Shown here in pieces: positions 38,670-47,921 of a stretch of 60,358 bases of DNA. Position numbers and translations under genes: made by a program. The notes under the pieces were generated by a model, which was not told where the DNA came from, made no database searches, and worked only from the letters and a program-made list of their open reading frames with translations. Each line of letters starts with the position of its first letter. Position 1 is the first letter of the stretch. Source of the stretch: a virus (lineage: Duplodnaviria > Caudoviricetes); the IMG/VR virus record IMGVR_UViG_3300020439_001546, positions 1 to 60,358 of that record. One strand, written 5' to 3'.

Positions 38670-39326
38670 TTAAGACTCAGGCGTGTCCTTGGCCTTGTAA
38701 TCATCTTGCTTAGGATTCTTGCCACCTTGCATGTAAACAAGTTCACCGGGTACAGATCTAGTAGTGTTGGCTTCATTGTCGTTAGCAGCTGAACTACCAT
38801 CAGCAGGAGTAACCAAGTTTTGGTTAGTTCCAGCACCGGTTCTTGTTACAAAACCGTTGATAGTTGTGGACGGTTGAGCATATACATCAATGTCAGTCGT
38901 ACCAATCTTCTTACGTTTATTGTTTGACGTGACATTATCTCTGGTGCCATTCATTCCGTTTCCGTCAGAATCGCCTTGAGACAAGACAGTATTTGCTGCA
39001 TTGTTGAGGGTAGTGGAAACATTGCCGCCTTTAACAACCCATTGCGTTGCTGTAGCATTGTAACCGATTGTTCCGGTACCACCGCCACCGCTACCTCTAG
39101 CAGTTTGAACTCCAGCTCTATCTGTCGTTGCACTGCCAGTGCCATCGTTAGCGACTATTTTAGAACCATGTGCTTCACCAAAATCGTCCGCAATGTCTGC
39201 CAGACTTAAATTTTTGGTCATAACACCAGCGGCATTGCTACCACCGTGAATGACGGTACCACCATCAACTTTTTCTGCGGTGCCGACAGCTTCATCGCCA
39301 GCACCACTTGGACGTACAGTAGGCAT
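38670..39326 (-). CDS. Gly/Thr/Asn-rich hypothetical protein (possibly virion-associated)
   Basis: Strong RBS (AAGGAG), own terminator, and composition typical of structural proteins. Confidence 0.7.
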   Translation of the reverse strand: MPTVRPSGAGDEAVGTAEKVDGGTVIHGGSNAAGVMTKNLSLADIADDFGEAHGSKIVANDGTGSATTDRAGVQTARGSGGGGTGTIGYNATATQWVVKGGNVSTTLNNAANTVLSQGDSDGNGMNGTRDNVTSNNKRKKIGTTDIDVYAQPSTTINGFVTRTGAGTNQNLVTPADGSSAANDNEANTTRSVPGELVYMQGGKNPKQDDYKAKDTPES

Positions 39327-39405
39327 AAGAGAATCTCCTTTAAAAAAAATAAAATAAAATAGTGTTTAGATTCCTCTTATCCGTTTAGTGTCCAATTCCT
39401 ACATA

Positions 39406-39876
39406 TTATACACATTTAGATAGAGAGGTTCTCAGTTTTTTAAGATTTTTTTTCAATCTTATCCTAATAGTTTCGCCGCAAACGCCTCTAGCATGAGCCA
39501 TCTCTTTAATGGTCATATTGTTATAAAATCTATCGAATATTAGGTCTGGATCATCACATTGCTGTATCTCGTCGAGCATGTCAATACGCTCGATGTCGTT
39601 TGTTGAATCGCTTACGGAATTAGGTATAAGATTGTGCGTCTTATCTATGTTAAACTTTCGCTGGGTAAGACACTCAAAAACCACGCCCTTATGCACGTAA
39701 GAGGTGAGCTTGCACTTAGATTTTTCGTCATATTTTTCCTTAGCCTTCCATAGGGCTGATAGTATACACGACTGTATTTCATCCCTTGAAAGACTTCCGG
39801 AGAAAGATGATGCGGCTTTGTTTGCAACTTTAATAACGTCCTCGTTGTCGAGAAGTTGTTCAATATTTTTTATCAA
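39406..39876 (-). CDS. phage sigma70-family (ECF-size) sigma factor
   Basis: Region 2-like 'LWKAKEKYD...KLTSYV' and region 4 HTH 'MTIKEMAHARGVCGETIR'. Confidence 0.8.
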   Translation of the reverse strand: MIKNIEQLLDNEDVIKVANKAASSFSGSLSRDEIQSCILSALWKAKEKYDEKSKCKLTSYVHKGVVFECLTQRKFNIDKTHNLIPNSVSDSTNDIERIDMLDEIQQCDDPDLIFDRFYNNMTIKEMAHARGVCGETIRIRLKKNLKKLRTSLSKCV

Positions 39877-39877
39877 T

Positions 39878-40333
39878 TTAATTTCCTTTATTAGTTAAGT
39901 TTTCCTCAATGTCTTTTCGTACTTCTTTAAAATTAAACATTTTGCCTATACCAACAAAAAATCGGTATCTGCTAACTATCTTTAGCACTTCAACCCCTTC
40001 TGTTTTATTAAGCTCCTCTTTAACATCTTCAGTTATATTGAAATTAGTGTACCCCATCCAGCAGTCAAAATTGCTGGCAAGAGTGGCGTTCTCTATCATG
40101 TTTTCGTCTACTGGTAACTGTACTGTTTCAGTGTGAGGCTGGATGAAGTCTTCTCCGGATTCTAGCAACATCTGAAGTTCCTCATCAGTTAATTCTTTTA
40201 GTACATCTTCTTCGACGGTTGATTTTAGGTTTTGCTGGAGTGTCTTATAAAGTTGTACTATCAGAGGGTTTTGGATTTGTTCTTCTAGTACGTTCTCGTA
40301 TTTTTGCCATCCTATTTTTTTAGTTTTTTTCAT
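39878..40333 (-). CDS. hypothetical protein
   Basis: 151-aa ORF in operon. Confidence 0.7.
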   Translation of the reverse strand: MKKTKKIGWQKYENVLEEQIQNPLIVQLYKTLQQNLKSTVEEDVLKELTDEELQMLLESGEDFIQPHTETVQLPVDENMIENATLASNFDCWMGYTNFNITEDVKEELNKTEGVEVLKIVSRYRFFVGIGKMFNFKEVRKDIEENLTNKGN

Positions 40334-40342
40334 GGCTAGCTC

Positions 40343-40678
40343 CTATAGCATGTCTGAAGGTTTAATACAGGGTTCGTTTTCACTCTCCTTCACACCTTCC
40401 TTTACTTTCTTTTCCAGAGCTTCTACCAGTGACTCAGATCTAATGATTACATCAGCTAACAACGTCTCTAGCTCTTTTGACTTTCCTTCTGCGAGAAAAG
40501 CGTCCTTCACTATATTAATGGTTTGAATTTGAAACTGTGTCGATGGTATAGAGGCAAGTAAAGTTCCTAGTTGCTTGAGGGTTTGAGGCTCGTAGTCGTT
40601 AATATCTACGTCTACAAAGTATTCACCATCCTCATCGACTCTGTACGAAACAGATATAATAGTGTTCTTTTCGTTCAT
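40343..40678 (-). CDS. hypothetical protein
   Basis: 111-aa ORF with ATGA overlap. Confidence 0.65.
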   Translation of the reverse strand: MNEKNTIISVSYRVDEDGEYFVDVDINDYEPQTLKQLGTLLASIPSTQFQIQTINIVKDAFLAEGKSKELETLLADVIIRSESLVEALEKKVKEGVKESENEPCIKPSDML

Positions 40679-41721
40679 TGTTGTAATATATCCAGTATCT
40701 TGTTTGCGGTATTATCCCAAGAAAATTTTACTGCGGTCTCAATTCCAGCTTCGTTAACCGTGCATTTTTTATTGTCTATGAAATTTAGCATCTTTGTCGT
40801 TAGGTCAGATATGGTGTCTTCATCTATTTTTGCCCAATTACCCTGACCAAAAAACCATTTTCCGTCAACCGCTGGCTCTACGTCTCTTATCGTCACCAAC
40901 CCGCTGTTTTCTTGAGTGCAAAACTCAGTGTGGGCAGAATAATCTGTTGTAATGACATGCTTTCCTAGCGACATCATTTCCAGTAACTCTAGGTTCCACC
41001 CTTCACCACGAGAGGGAAACACACCACAGTCCACCTGAGACATTATATTATACACCTCTGCCTGTGTCTCAGCCCTTGGAATAATCTTTACATTTGGATG
41101 AGAATACAAATTTTGCCATTTATTTTCTTCCTCTGGGGAGTTAAAAGGGTTACTACACATCATCCAAAGCTCAACGTCTGTATCATGCTTTAGCACACTT
41201 TTAAACGCATCTATAAGTATATCGTGACCCTTTCTTACCTCCCATTTTCCGCAGTTAAAAAATATCGTTTTGCTATGAGTTCTAGGTAGACAGGATTTAA
41301 AAATATCTCTATCTACGCCAAGAGGTACAACGTCAATAAAAGGTACGTATGTTTGATCGAGACATACATTTTTTGCCCACTCTGAACAAACCATTAATCT
41401 ATCACAAGAATTTAGATGATGCTTTTCTAAATCGCTAAACGTATCTAACTCAAAGATAGGAAATCCAACAAACTTTCCTGAACCTATGCGTTCCGCCATT
41501 TGGTTCTGATGCCAAATCTTCACACAGGGTGCGTAAGCGTCAAATCTTTTAGATGTTTCTACCGCACTTGTCACTGTATCTGCGTCTGCTTGACTGGTAA
41601 CTTGCGGTTGCCCGATGGGGAATAGCGAAACTTCTGCCTTCTTCTGTAAAGACTTGAGTATATTTAGTCCAGCTACACCGTAGCCAAGTTGATTGATTGG
41701 TGCTTGTAAGTTAATTTTCAT
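40675..41721 (-). CDS. glycosyltransferase family 4
   Basis: 'GKWEVRKG', 'PSRGEGWNLELLEMM'. Confidence 0.88.
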   Translation of the reverse strand: MKINLQAPINQLGYGVAGLNILKSLQKKAEVSLFPIGQPQVTSQADADTVTSAVETSKRFDAYAPCVKIWHQNQMAERIGSGKFVGFPIFELDTFSDLEKHHLNSCDRLMVCSEWAKNVCLDQTYVPFIDVVPLGVDRDIFKSCLPRTHSKTIFFNCGKWEVRKGHDILIDAFKSVLKHDTDVELWMMCSNPFNSPEEENKWQNLYSHPNVKIIPRAETQAEVYNIMSQVDCGVFPSRGEGWNLELLEMMSLGKHVITTDYSAHTEFCTQENSGLVTIRDVEPAVDGKWFFGQGNWAKIDEDTISDLTTKMLNFIDNKKCTVNEAGIETAVKFSWDNTANKILDILQQ

Positions 41722-42122
41722 TTTTGAATAACCTCTAGGACTACTTGTTCGGGGGTTAATGTTGGGTTGTATGTCAGGATGTCATCAACTAATCTGTTTG
41801 CTTCTGCTCTCTTGTAACCAAGGGAGACGAGACCAGAAGCTGCTTCCTGTCCGTCTTTTGTCTTGTGTGGTTTGACCTGTTTCACTGGCGTTTTGACTTC
41901 TGGTTTGTCGTCTTCTTTGAGTACAAGGTGTGCCATCAAATATTCTTCATCTCCGGTGGCGGCAGCAAATAAGTCTTGATCGTCAATCTCGACTTCTTGA
42001 TTTAACTTAGGTACACCTTCACGTATTATACCTTGAATGAAACATGCAGACCAAAATACACCTAATAAGGTCGCAAAAAAACTAGCTAAGATTTGGACTA
42101 TCTCTGGATTCTCTACACCCAT
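41718..42122 (-). CDS. membrane protein with RuvA C-terminal-like helical domain
   Basis: N-terminal TM. C-terminal 'EAASGLVSLGYKRAEA...V..I...TPEQVV' matches the RuvA_C pattern. Confidence 0.65.
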   Translation of the reverse strand: MGVENPEIVQILASFFATLLGVFWSACFIQGIIREGVPKLNQEVEIDDQDLFAAATGDEEYLMAHLVLKEDDKPEVKTPVKQVKPHKTKDGQEAASGLVSLGYKRAEANRLVDDILTYNPTLTPEQVVLEVIQK

Positions 42123-42168
42123 AACTCTGTTTTACCTATATAAACTGTTGTAAATCTCACTACGCTCA

Positions 42169-42208
42169 ATTATATACTATATCGTCTATTTGTCAAGTGC
42201 TCTTTAGA
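42169..42208 (-). promoter_or_regulatory. phage promoter (TCTAAAGA..TTGACA..CGAT..TATAAT)
   Basis: TTGACA-16-TATAAT with the upstream TCTAAAGA element. Confidence 0.8.
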
Positions 42209-42217
42209 CTTTTTAAT

Positions 42218-42253
42218 AAAAAAGCCCCGCCAAACAAATTGCTTGACGAGGCT
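42218..42253 (-). terminator. intrinsic terminator after ssb
   Basis: AGCCTCGTCAA...TTGGCGGGGCT stem followed by a T-tract. Confidence 0.7.
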
Positions 42254-42314
42254 ACGATAGCATTACATACGGTTCACATCGTCCTGACCGCTTGCCAGTA
42301 AAGGCATACTATCT

Positions 42315-42650
42315 TTAGTCCGAGCTTCTTGGAGTAATCTGTGCTGGATCTGGGCCAAGAGAGATCTCATCTGCCATAATACATACAGAACTCTTTTTCT
42401 GCTGATTTTCATCTTCATAATCATCAATCTTTAGCTTACCCGTGATAGAAACAAGCCTGCCCTTCATAAGCATAGGATTGAGATTTTCTGCCATTTTACC
42501 AAAGCACAACACGTTGATAAAGAGAGTGTCATCGTTTCGACGATCATTCACCGCTAGTCTAAACTTAGACATAGAGGTTCCCTTTTTTGTAGTTGTAAAC
42601 TCTGCGTCTTTAGTGAGCCGTCCGGCTCCATTCCAACAATTCTGATTCAT
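42315..42650 (-). CDS. ssb: single-stranded DNA-binding protein
   Basis: 'GRLTKDAE...FRLAV...FINVLCFGK.AE....L.KGRLV.ITGKL'. Confidence 0.9.
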   Translation of the reverse strand: MNQNCWNGAGRLTKDAEFTTTKKGTSMSKFRLAVNDRRNDDTLFINVLCFGKMAENLNPMLMKGRLVSITGKLKIDDYEDENQQKKSSVCIMADEISLGPDPAQITPRSSD

Positions 42651-42652
42651 AA

Positions 42653-42970
42653 TTAAACTCCTAAAGCTGATCGAATCTTTCCTCGTACTACTTGAGCGTT
42701 ACCACGATTTGAAACGCTCGTGGTTGCGTTATAAACATGCGTAGTAAATTCGCGTGTCAAACCCAATGCTTTACCTGCCTTGAGTGTTTCTCGCTTGTTT
42801 GTTCCAAAGACTTCGCCGGTCTCACGAAAAGCCAGAACCGTAACTGGATTAAACGTAAGTCCACGCCCCTTTCCTCTTGTCGTAGAACCAACAATCGTGT
42901 TTTGCTCTACTCCAAAATTGTAAGACTTTGGCAGTGAAGCCAAAGATGTGTAAAACTCTTTACTTTCCAT
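42653..42970 (-). CDS. hypothetical protein
   Basis: 105-aa ORF with RBS AGGAG. Confidence 0.7.
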   Translation of the reverse strand: MESKEFYTSLASLPKSYNFGVEQNTIVGSTTRGKGRGLTFNPVTVLAFRETGEVFGTNKRETLKAGKALGLTREFTTHVYNATTSVSNRGNAQVVRGKIRSALGV

Positions 42971-43178
42971 AACTATCTCCTAAAAAGGTTTGACTCTGTG
43001 GAATTGGATTTTCCACGTTAGAATTTTCTTGTGCTTCAAGGGTTTGTTTCCCCTCTGTGAGGTATTGTTGCAGTTTGACAATCTCTGCATCAATAAGTTG
43101 TTTTTTCTCGTTTAGTTGCACAATCTCTCTTTCTACGTTAGCTAGATGTGCGGCAACCATTTCTTTCATATCTGCCAT
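42960..43178 (-). CDS. small coiled-coil protein
   Basis: 72-aa heptad pattern with RBS. Confidence 0.7.
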   Translation of the reverse strand: MADMKEMVAAHLANVEREIVQLNEKKQLIDAEIVKLQQYLTEGKQTLEAQENSNVENPIPQSQTFLGDSYGK

Positions 43179-43212
43179 TTTGGACTCCTGTAAGTTTGTC
43201 TCGGTTTACTAT

Positions 43213-43241
43213 ATTATAGTCTCGGTTTGAGTAAAAGTCAA
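43213..43241 (-). promoter_or_regulatory. sigma70-type promoter
   Basis: TTGACT-17-TATAAT. Confidence 0.7.
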
Positions 43242-43783
43242 CTGGGTTCTTCATTTTTTTTAAAAGTTTCTAGAATACATTCCAGTACATCTGTGCCTAG
43301 CGAGCTTTTGGGTATATACTTTAGCTCCAACTGGTCACTAAGTAGTTTAAGGATTGTGTCATATCTCTCGGAATATATCTCCATTTTCGGTGATGAGATA
43401 TCTGAGAAGATAACTTTCTTAATCCCACACTGGTGAAGCATTTGCACACACGATAAACACGGAACCGCTGTTACATAACACTCTGAATCAATCGTTGATA
43501 CGCCGTTTTTAGCGGCATTATAAACAGCGTTAGCTTCGGCATGTATCATAAACGGATACTTGTCGGGTCTTTTCCTAGGTAGTACTGAGTCGTCTATACC
43601 TGAAATAAAACCATTGTAACCTGTCGATATAATTCTTTTGTTCTTAACTAATACGGCCCCACATTGTGTTTGTAGGTCATGACTTCTTTTAGACCATAAC
43701 GCCGCACTTAGAATAAATGAAGTCTCCCAACTGCTAGGCTTATGACTCTGTAGGATTAGGTTAGACAATTTTCTTTTTATCAT
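43238..43783 (-). CDS. dCMP deaminase
   Basis: 'GYNG', 'HAEANA', 'PCLSC'. Confidence 0.92.
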   Translation of the reverse strand: MIKRKLSNLILQSHKPSSWETSFILSAALWSKRSHDLQTQCGAVLVKNKRIISTGYNGFISGIDDSVLPRKRPDKYPFMIHAEANAVYNAAKNGVSTIDSECYVTAVPCLSCVQMLHQCGIKKVIFSDISSPKMEIYSERYDTILKLLSDQLELKYIPKSSLGTDVLECILETFKKNEEPS

Positions 43784-44196
43784 TAGTCCTCGTCCTGTTT
43801 TTTGAACATATCCCTAATCTTCTTAGGTATGTTTTTTGCTACAGTCTCTCCTTCTTTGGTTAGATGATAATAAAAGTTACCATCCTCTCCTATCAACTGA
43901 TCCACTAAACCCTCCTTCATCAGTTCAATTAAGATTGCAGTGGTATTGTCTTCTTGATACTTTTTGGCTTTTTTCATAAAGTCTAGAAGTTGAGGTTCCT
44001 TGCCCACGTTAAACTCAAGCACGTCGTACACCACGTCATAATGCTTTTTTTTAGGTGTCAGTTTGTCTAGCTCGTCTGCGTAATTCAATGCCCGATCAAG
44101 ATCGTAATAGACTCCTTGAGGTTCAATGGAAAAAGACTTACCGGATTTAGTGGTAAAAGACTCAAACGATACTAGAACGTACACCGTATTATTCAT
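43783..44196 (-). CDS. hypothetical protein
   Basis: Likely start MNNTV at 44196. Possible wHTH-like C-terminus. Confidence 0.6.
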   Translation of the reverse strand: MNNTVYVLVSFESFTTKSGKSFSIEPQGVYYDLDRALNYADELDKLTPKKKHYDVVYDVLEFNVGKEPQLLDFMKKAKKYQEDNTTAILIELMKEGLVDQLIGEDGNFYYHLTKEGETVAKNIPKKIRDMFKKQDED

Positions 44197-44407
44197 GGAG
44201 CTTTCTGATCCTTTGAACAGCTGAGATTCTATCGGTAGCATCTACGTAGTTATCTAATGCTTGATCTAAATTCTGAAGGAAATCGCCCGTAGAGTGATCT
44301 CCAATACCAACAGCCTTTTCTAGTAGTAGGCTAAACTGTAATAGGGAAGCCTCTACGTCCGACTCTGCCTTTTTTTCCAAATAATTCAACGCTTTTTCTT
44401 TACTCAT
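44189..44407 (-). CDS. hypothetical protein
   Basis: 72 aa with the 'VGIGDH' motif common in phage hypothetical proteins. Confidence 0.7.
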   Translation of the reverse strand: MSKEKALNYLEKKAESDVEASLLQFSLLLEKAVGIGDHSTGDFLQNLDQALDNYVDATDRISAVQRIRKLHE

Positions 44408-44664
44408 TTGTATCTCCTGTCTGAGTATCTATTAGGGTCAGCGGTACCGTTATCTAATCTTTTCTTTTCGGTTACATAACAACCGTTGTCATCTTTACAC
44501 ACTACCTGTTCTTCCGAAACGGAATAGTCTAGGTCACTATGATCTACAACCATTGACTTGTGAGAGCCAAACCAGCTGGGCGTAGTTACACTATTGCCTG
44601 TTTGATGTCTCTTTTTACCTTTTGCCATCTTAATCTCCATAGGGCCAAATTTTGGCCAGTTCAT
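44404..44664 (-). CDS. hypothetical protein
   Basis: ORF in operon. Confidence 0.65.
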   Translation of the reverse strand: MNWPKFGPMEIKMAKGKKRHQTGNSVTTPSWFGSHKSMVVDHSDLDYSVSEEQVVCKDDNGCYVTEKKRLDNGTADPNRYSDRRYK

Positions 44665-44944
44665 CAGTTACACCTTGAATATGTACAATCCAGCGACCGT
44701 ACTTACCTGTTTTTTCTGTTTTAATTATTATCTTATCCTCATAAGGAAAAGAGGCGGCAGCTTTGTTTAGTAGCTCCCTACACTTTTGAGTAGCAAGTAG
44801 GAAGTCTTTCTGCCCTCGTTCGGGCGTATCAACGCCAGCAAGTCTAGTTCTGATCTTTATCTTGACGCTGAATCCCAAGTCAACAATGAAGTCAACCGTG
44901 TCTCCGTCTACTACTCTATCAACTATTGCTTTATATTCATACAT
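44630..44944 (-). CDS. thermonuclease (SNase-like)
   Basis: 'RVVDGDT', 'RLAGVDTPE', 'GKYGR'. Confidence 0.9.
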   Translation of the reverse strand: MYEYKAIVDRVVDGDTVDFIVDLGFSVKIKIRTRLAGVDTPERGQKDFLLATQKCRELLNKAAASFPYEDKIIIKTEKTGKYGRWIVHIQGVTDELAKIWPYGD

Positions 44945-44954
44945 AATCACTTTC

Positions 44955-45245
44955 CTAATATTCAAGTTCTGGTAAGAGCCTGACTTTTGGCTCTGCTATA
45001 AAATTAGTATGTAACGAGTAGTAAGCAAGGCAAATAGCCGAAAAGCACAATATTATTATACCAAAAAATTTCAGCATGTCAATATCAATACTCGCTTTTA
45101 TCTTTACTTTATTTTTCTTTACTTTGATTTTAGTTTTTGGGGGAGTCCATTTAGGCTTTATCCCTCTGTTGTGTTGAAGCATCTCAGAAATCGCCTTATC
45201 CGCTGACTTCTGTGTTTGACTTCTTACTCTTGGGTCAGTTTTCAA
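44955..45245 (-). CDS. membrane hypothetical protein
   Basis: Basic N-terminus and C-terminal TM. Confidence 0.6.
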   Translation of the reverse strand: MKTDPRVRSQTQKSADKAISEMLQHNRGIKPKWTPPKTKIKVKKNKVKIKASIDIDMLKFFGIIILCFSAICLAYYSLHTNFIAEPKVRLLPELEY

Positions 45246-45919
45246 TTTCTGCCATTCCAGATAGCTTCTAGTGTAAACTTAAATGGTTCGCCCTCAATCG
45301 TGGCAACCAAATCCCACATCTTCTGTGCGATCTCACGAATCTCTTTTTGTGCGTGTTCGCTATTTCTTAGCTGTATAAAGTTAGCAAAGCTACGCATGTT
45401 AAACATAACGTCAGCTTGAATTTGACTATTGTAAGTCTTGAAGAATCTTGCTGACTCTTTTGCTCTCTTACGTCCCAAGATTGGTTCAAGGTCTGCGATA
45501 CATTGGTGGTAAAGTTCATTACCCAACTCTGTATAGTTCTTCAATACGTCAGTCCAACAATTCACACGGAAACTTGCAAAACCATCATCAGGCCAATTAG
45601 AAACTTCAATATCATTCCAGTCCTCTGGAATGTAGTACTTATCTTCTTTTAATTCTTTATACCTAGCAGACTCAGCGTTAAGAGAACTAATGCGGTGCTT
45701 AAGTAGATGAATATGACTGGCAATATCAGTATCAACAAGGAAATGCACCACTCCTTTCTCGAATGGGGTTTCATGTCCGTTGATCCAGAGCATTTCGATA
45801 AGTCTTTGTATTCGTCCTCTTTTTTCATCTGTCAAATCTCTGCTCGTACTTGTCCATGCACTGCAAGCAATAGTTTCATCTGAGCCGTAGTAACCCAGTA
45901 ATTCAATCTTATTTTTCAT
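45242..45919 (-). CDS. thyX: FAD-dependent thymidylate synthase
   Basis: 'GHETPFE', 'KHRISSLNAESARY', 'LR...HAQKEIR'. Confidence 0.93.
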   Translation of the reverse strand: MKNKIELLGYYGSDETIACSAWTSTSRDLTDEKRGRIQRLIEMLWINGHETPFEKGVVHFLVDTDIASHIHLLKHRISSLNAESARYKELKEDKYYIPEDWNDIEVSNWPDDGFASFRVNCWTDVLKNYTELGNELYHQCIADLEPILGRKRAKESARFFKTYNSQIQADVMFNMRSFANFIQLRNSEHAQKEIREIAQKMWDLVATIEGEPFKFTLEAIWNGRN

Positions 45920-46352
45920 TTGCTACTTTTTGTAATAGTGTGCTTGATGATTCGGTTTTAATGCCACCGACATTATAAATCATTTTAATATCAAGTTCCT
46001 CACAAACTTCTGCTTCAGGAACAGTGCCTTGACCTCTATCTCCACCGTTCATAAAATAAATGTCGCTAACGAAAGGGTCGTCACAGTATTGTTTGTGTAT
46101 GGATTTTATTGATCTGCAAACAGTTGAGTCATCGTCAATCGAAACCATAGCTTTGTTCACATAAGCTAACGCTCTTACTATTCTCAACCTAGAGCCTTCA
46201 TCCATAAATTGCTTAGAACCCTTAATATCAACTTGTCGGTCACTATTAACAATGACATAAAGCAAGTCGCATCTTTCTTTTGCACCTTCAATATAATCTA
46301 GGTGGCCGGTATGGATAGGGTTAAAGTAGCCTGATATAATTCCTACTCTCAT
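45909..46352 (-). CDS. cytidylyltransferase-like (HxGH; TagD/RfaE-II family)
   Basis: 'SGYFNPIHTGH', 'NGGDR', 'SSSTL'. Confidence 0.88.
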   Translation of the reverse strand: MRVGIISGYFNPIHTGHLDYIEGAKERCDLLYVIVNSDRQVDIKGSKQFMDEGSRLRIVRALAYVNKAMVSIDDDSTVCRSIKSIHKQYCDDPFVSDIYFMNGGDRGQGTVPEAEVCEELDIKMIYNVGGIKTESSSTLLQKVANEK

Positions 46353-46798
46353 TCTGATCTCCCGTAGTCGTCTTCGATTCTGATGATGTCATCTTCTTGA
46401 CAGTCGCCAGTTTGTAACTCCAAAATTACTAATGGTGTGACACCCTCGTTTGAGATTCTGTGCACCTCAAGTTTACCTATCTCAACCCTGTCGCCAGCGG
46501 AAACAGTCCACACGCAATTTCCAACTTGCATTTCGCCTACCCCAGAAAGTATGTGCCAGACTTCCATTCTGTTGCGATGAAGTTGTAGGCTAAGTCTCTG
46601 GTCTCGATTTACAACAATCTTTTTGACCTTGTATCCTTCTTCGTCCAATAAGTTCTCAAATGAACCCCAAGGTCTTGTCTCTTTTCTTTTATCTCCAGAG
46701 AAGCTACCCACTTGAATAACTTGTTCTTCTTTATCTAATTCTTCTGCAAAGAAACTCGTTTTCCCACATGAGTAACATTCGTATGGAACTTTACTCAT
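46349..46798 (-). CDS. mannose-6-phosphate isomerase type II C-terminal cupin
   Basis: 'RPWG', 'LSLQLH..R.E.W', 'HRI.N', 'EDDIIRIEDDYGR'. Confidence 0.88.
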   Translation of the reverse strand: MSKVPYECYSCGKTSFFAEELDKEEQVIQVGSFSGDKRKETRPWGSFENLLDEEGYKVKKIVVNRDQRLSLQLHRNRMEVWHILSGVGEMQVGNCVWTVSAGDRVEIGKLEVHRISNEGVTPLVILELQTGDCQEDDIIRIEDDYGRSE

Positions 46799-46830
46799 GA
46801 TTGCTCCACAACAACTAAGTCTGAACTGTC

Positions 46831-47454
46831 TCATGACCAATCCTCCTCTTTAAACCACTCGCTAAAATCTTTTTGCTCTAACACGACTCCGTACTTACCA
46901 CCCATATAGTGTATCGGCTTAAAAAGAGCCTTAGCTTTAGCGTAATTATATAATTCTTTAACTTTGTCTTTCCACATTACCCCCCATTTAAACTGATGAG
47001 AGTTGGACTCTAATAACTTGATATGCTTATCGACATCGTAGGAGCCTCTAGGTTTTCTAAGGTTAGCACCACCCCTCTTAGAGTTGTAGATAAACAATAT
47101 GCTTGCACCCTCTTTTACGTATGATTTTAGATCATTTTCTTTTAGGGTGAACTTACCCGCCGTTGGAACCCACTTTATTTCTAAGGGGTGGCGGTAAAGG
47201 TCTACTCTGTTTTTATAGTCTGCGTAAAGAACATTGCCCGTGATGTTGTAATCGGCACCAGCAGTGTTACCGCTGGCTATAAACTCACCATTGTTACCAC
47301 ACCCATTATTGTCCCAGCTTTCAATAGAGATGGCTGGATGGTCAGACACTCTGTCTACCCAACCCGTAAAAAAGTACCTCTCTATCATCGTTGAGAACTT
47401 GATGTCTTTTTTGAATGTATTTTTATCTCTGTGGTCGAATCTAGTTGACACCAA
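46831..47454 (-). CDS. hypothetical protein (possible PD-(D/E)XK fold)
   Basis: 'GADY...LEIKW' resembles a PD-(D/E)xK core. Confidence 0.55.
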   Translation of the reverse strand: MVSTRFDHRDKNTFKKDIKFSTMIERYFFTGWVDRVSDHPAISIESWDNNGCGNNGEFIASGNTAGADYNITGNVLYADYKNRVDLYRHPLEIKWVPTAGKFTLKENDLKSYVKEGASILFIYNSKRGGANLRKPRGSYDVDKHIKLLESNSHQFKWGVMWKDKVKELYNYAKAKALFKPIHYMGGKYGVVLEQKDFSEWFKEEDWS

Positions 47455-47665
47455 AAAACTCCTTGATTATAGTCCAGACTGATCGTTTTCTTTTAGGCGG
47501 CTTGGCACTTGCCTCAAATCGCCGTCTTCGTAATTCCATTATACTGTATTGTTCCAGTTCGTCAAGTGCCTCGCGGTTTTTTTCTAAAAATAAATTCTGC
47601 GACCTCATTAACTGGCTATCCGTTAAGCCTGAGTCACCCCTGATGTTGGCTCTTATTTTACTCAT
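47441..47665 (-). CDS. hypothetical protein
   Basis: 74-aa ORF in operon. Confidence 0.6.
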   Translation of the reverse strand: MSKIRANIRGDSGLTDSQLMRSQNLFLEKNREALDELEQYSIMELRRRRFEASAKPPKRKRSVWTIIKEFFGVN

Positions 47666-47921
47666 TGTCTATGCCCATTACGTAAATTGGAGTGTTCTTA
47701 CCAACGTAAGAACCTAAAGTGTTATATTCGATCCAGTCAAGAGCGTCTTCGTAGTTCATGTTTTTGTCATTCATCATGACCTCAACCATGCTCGCATAAC
47801 AATAGACGACTCTCGCAGAATCGAATCCGGCAGCAACGCCAATTATAGCATCGTCAAAACCGTCTGCAAATATTAACTCTTTTCCGTAAATATCTGAAAG
47901 TTCTTGCTTAGTCTTACGCAT
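47658..47921 (-). CDS. conserved phage hypothetical protein
   Basis: 'ADGFDDAIIG...EDA..W.EYN..G.YVG..TP'. Confidence 0.75.
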   Translation of the reverse strand: MRKTKQELSDIYGKELIFADGFDDAIIGVAAGFDSARVVYCYASMVEVMMNDKNMNYEDALDWIEYNTLGSYVGKNTPIYVMGIDNE

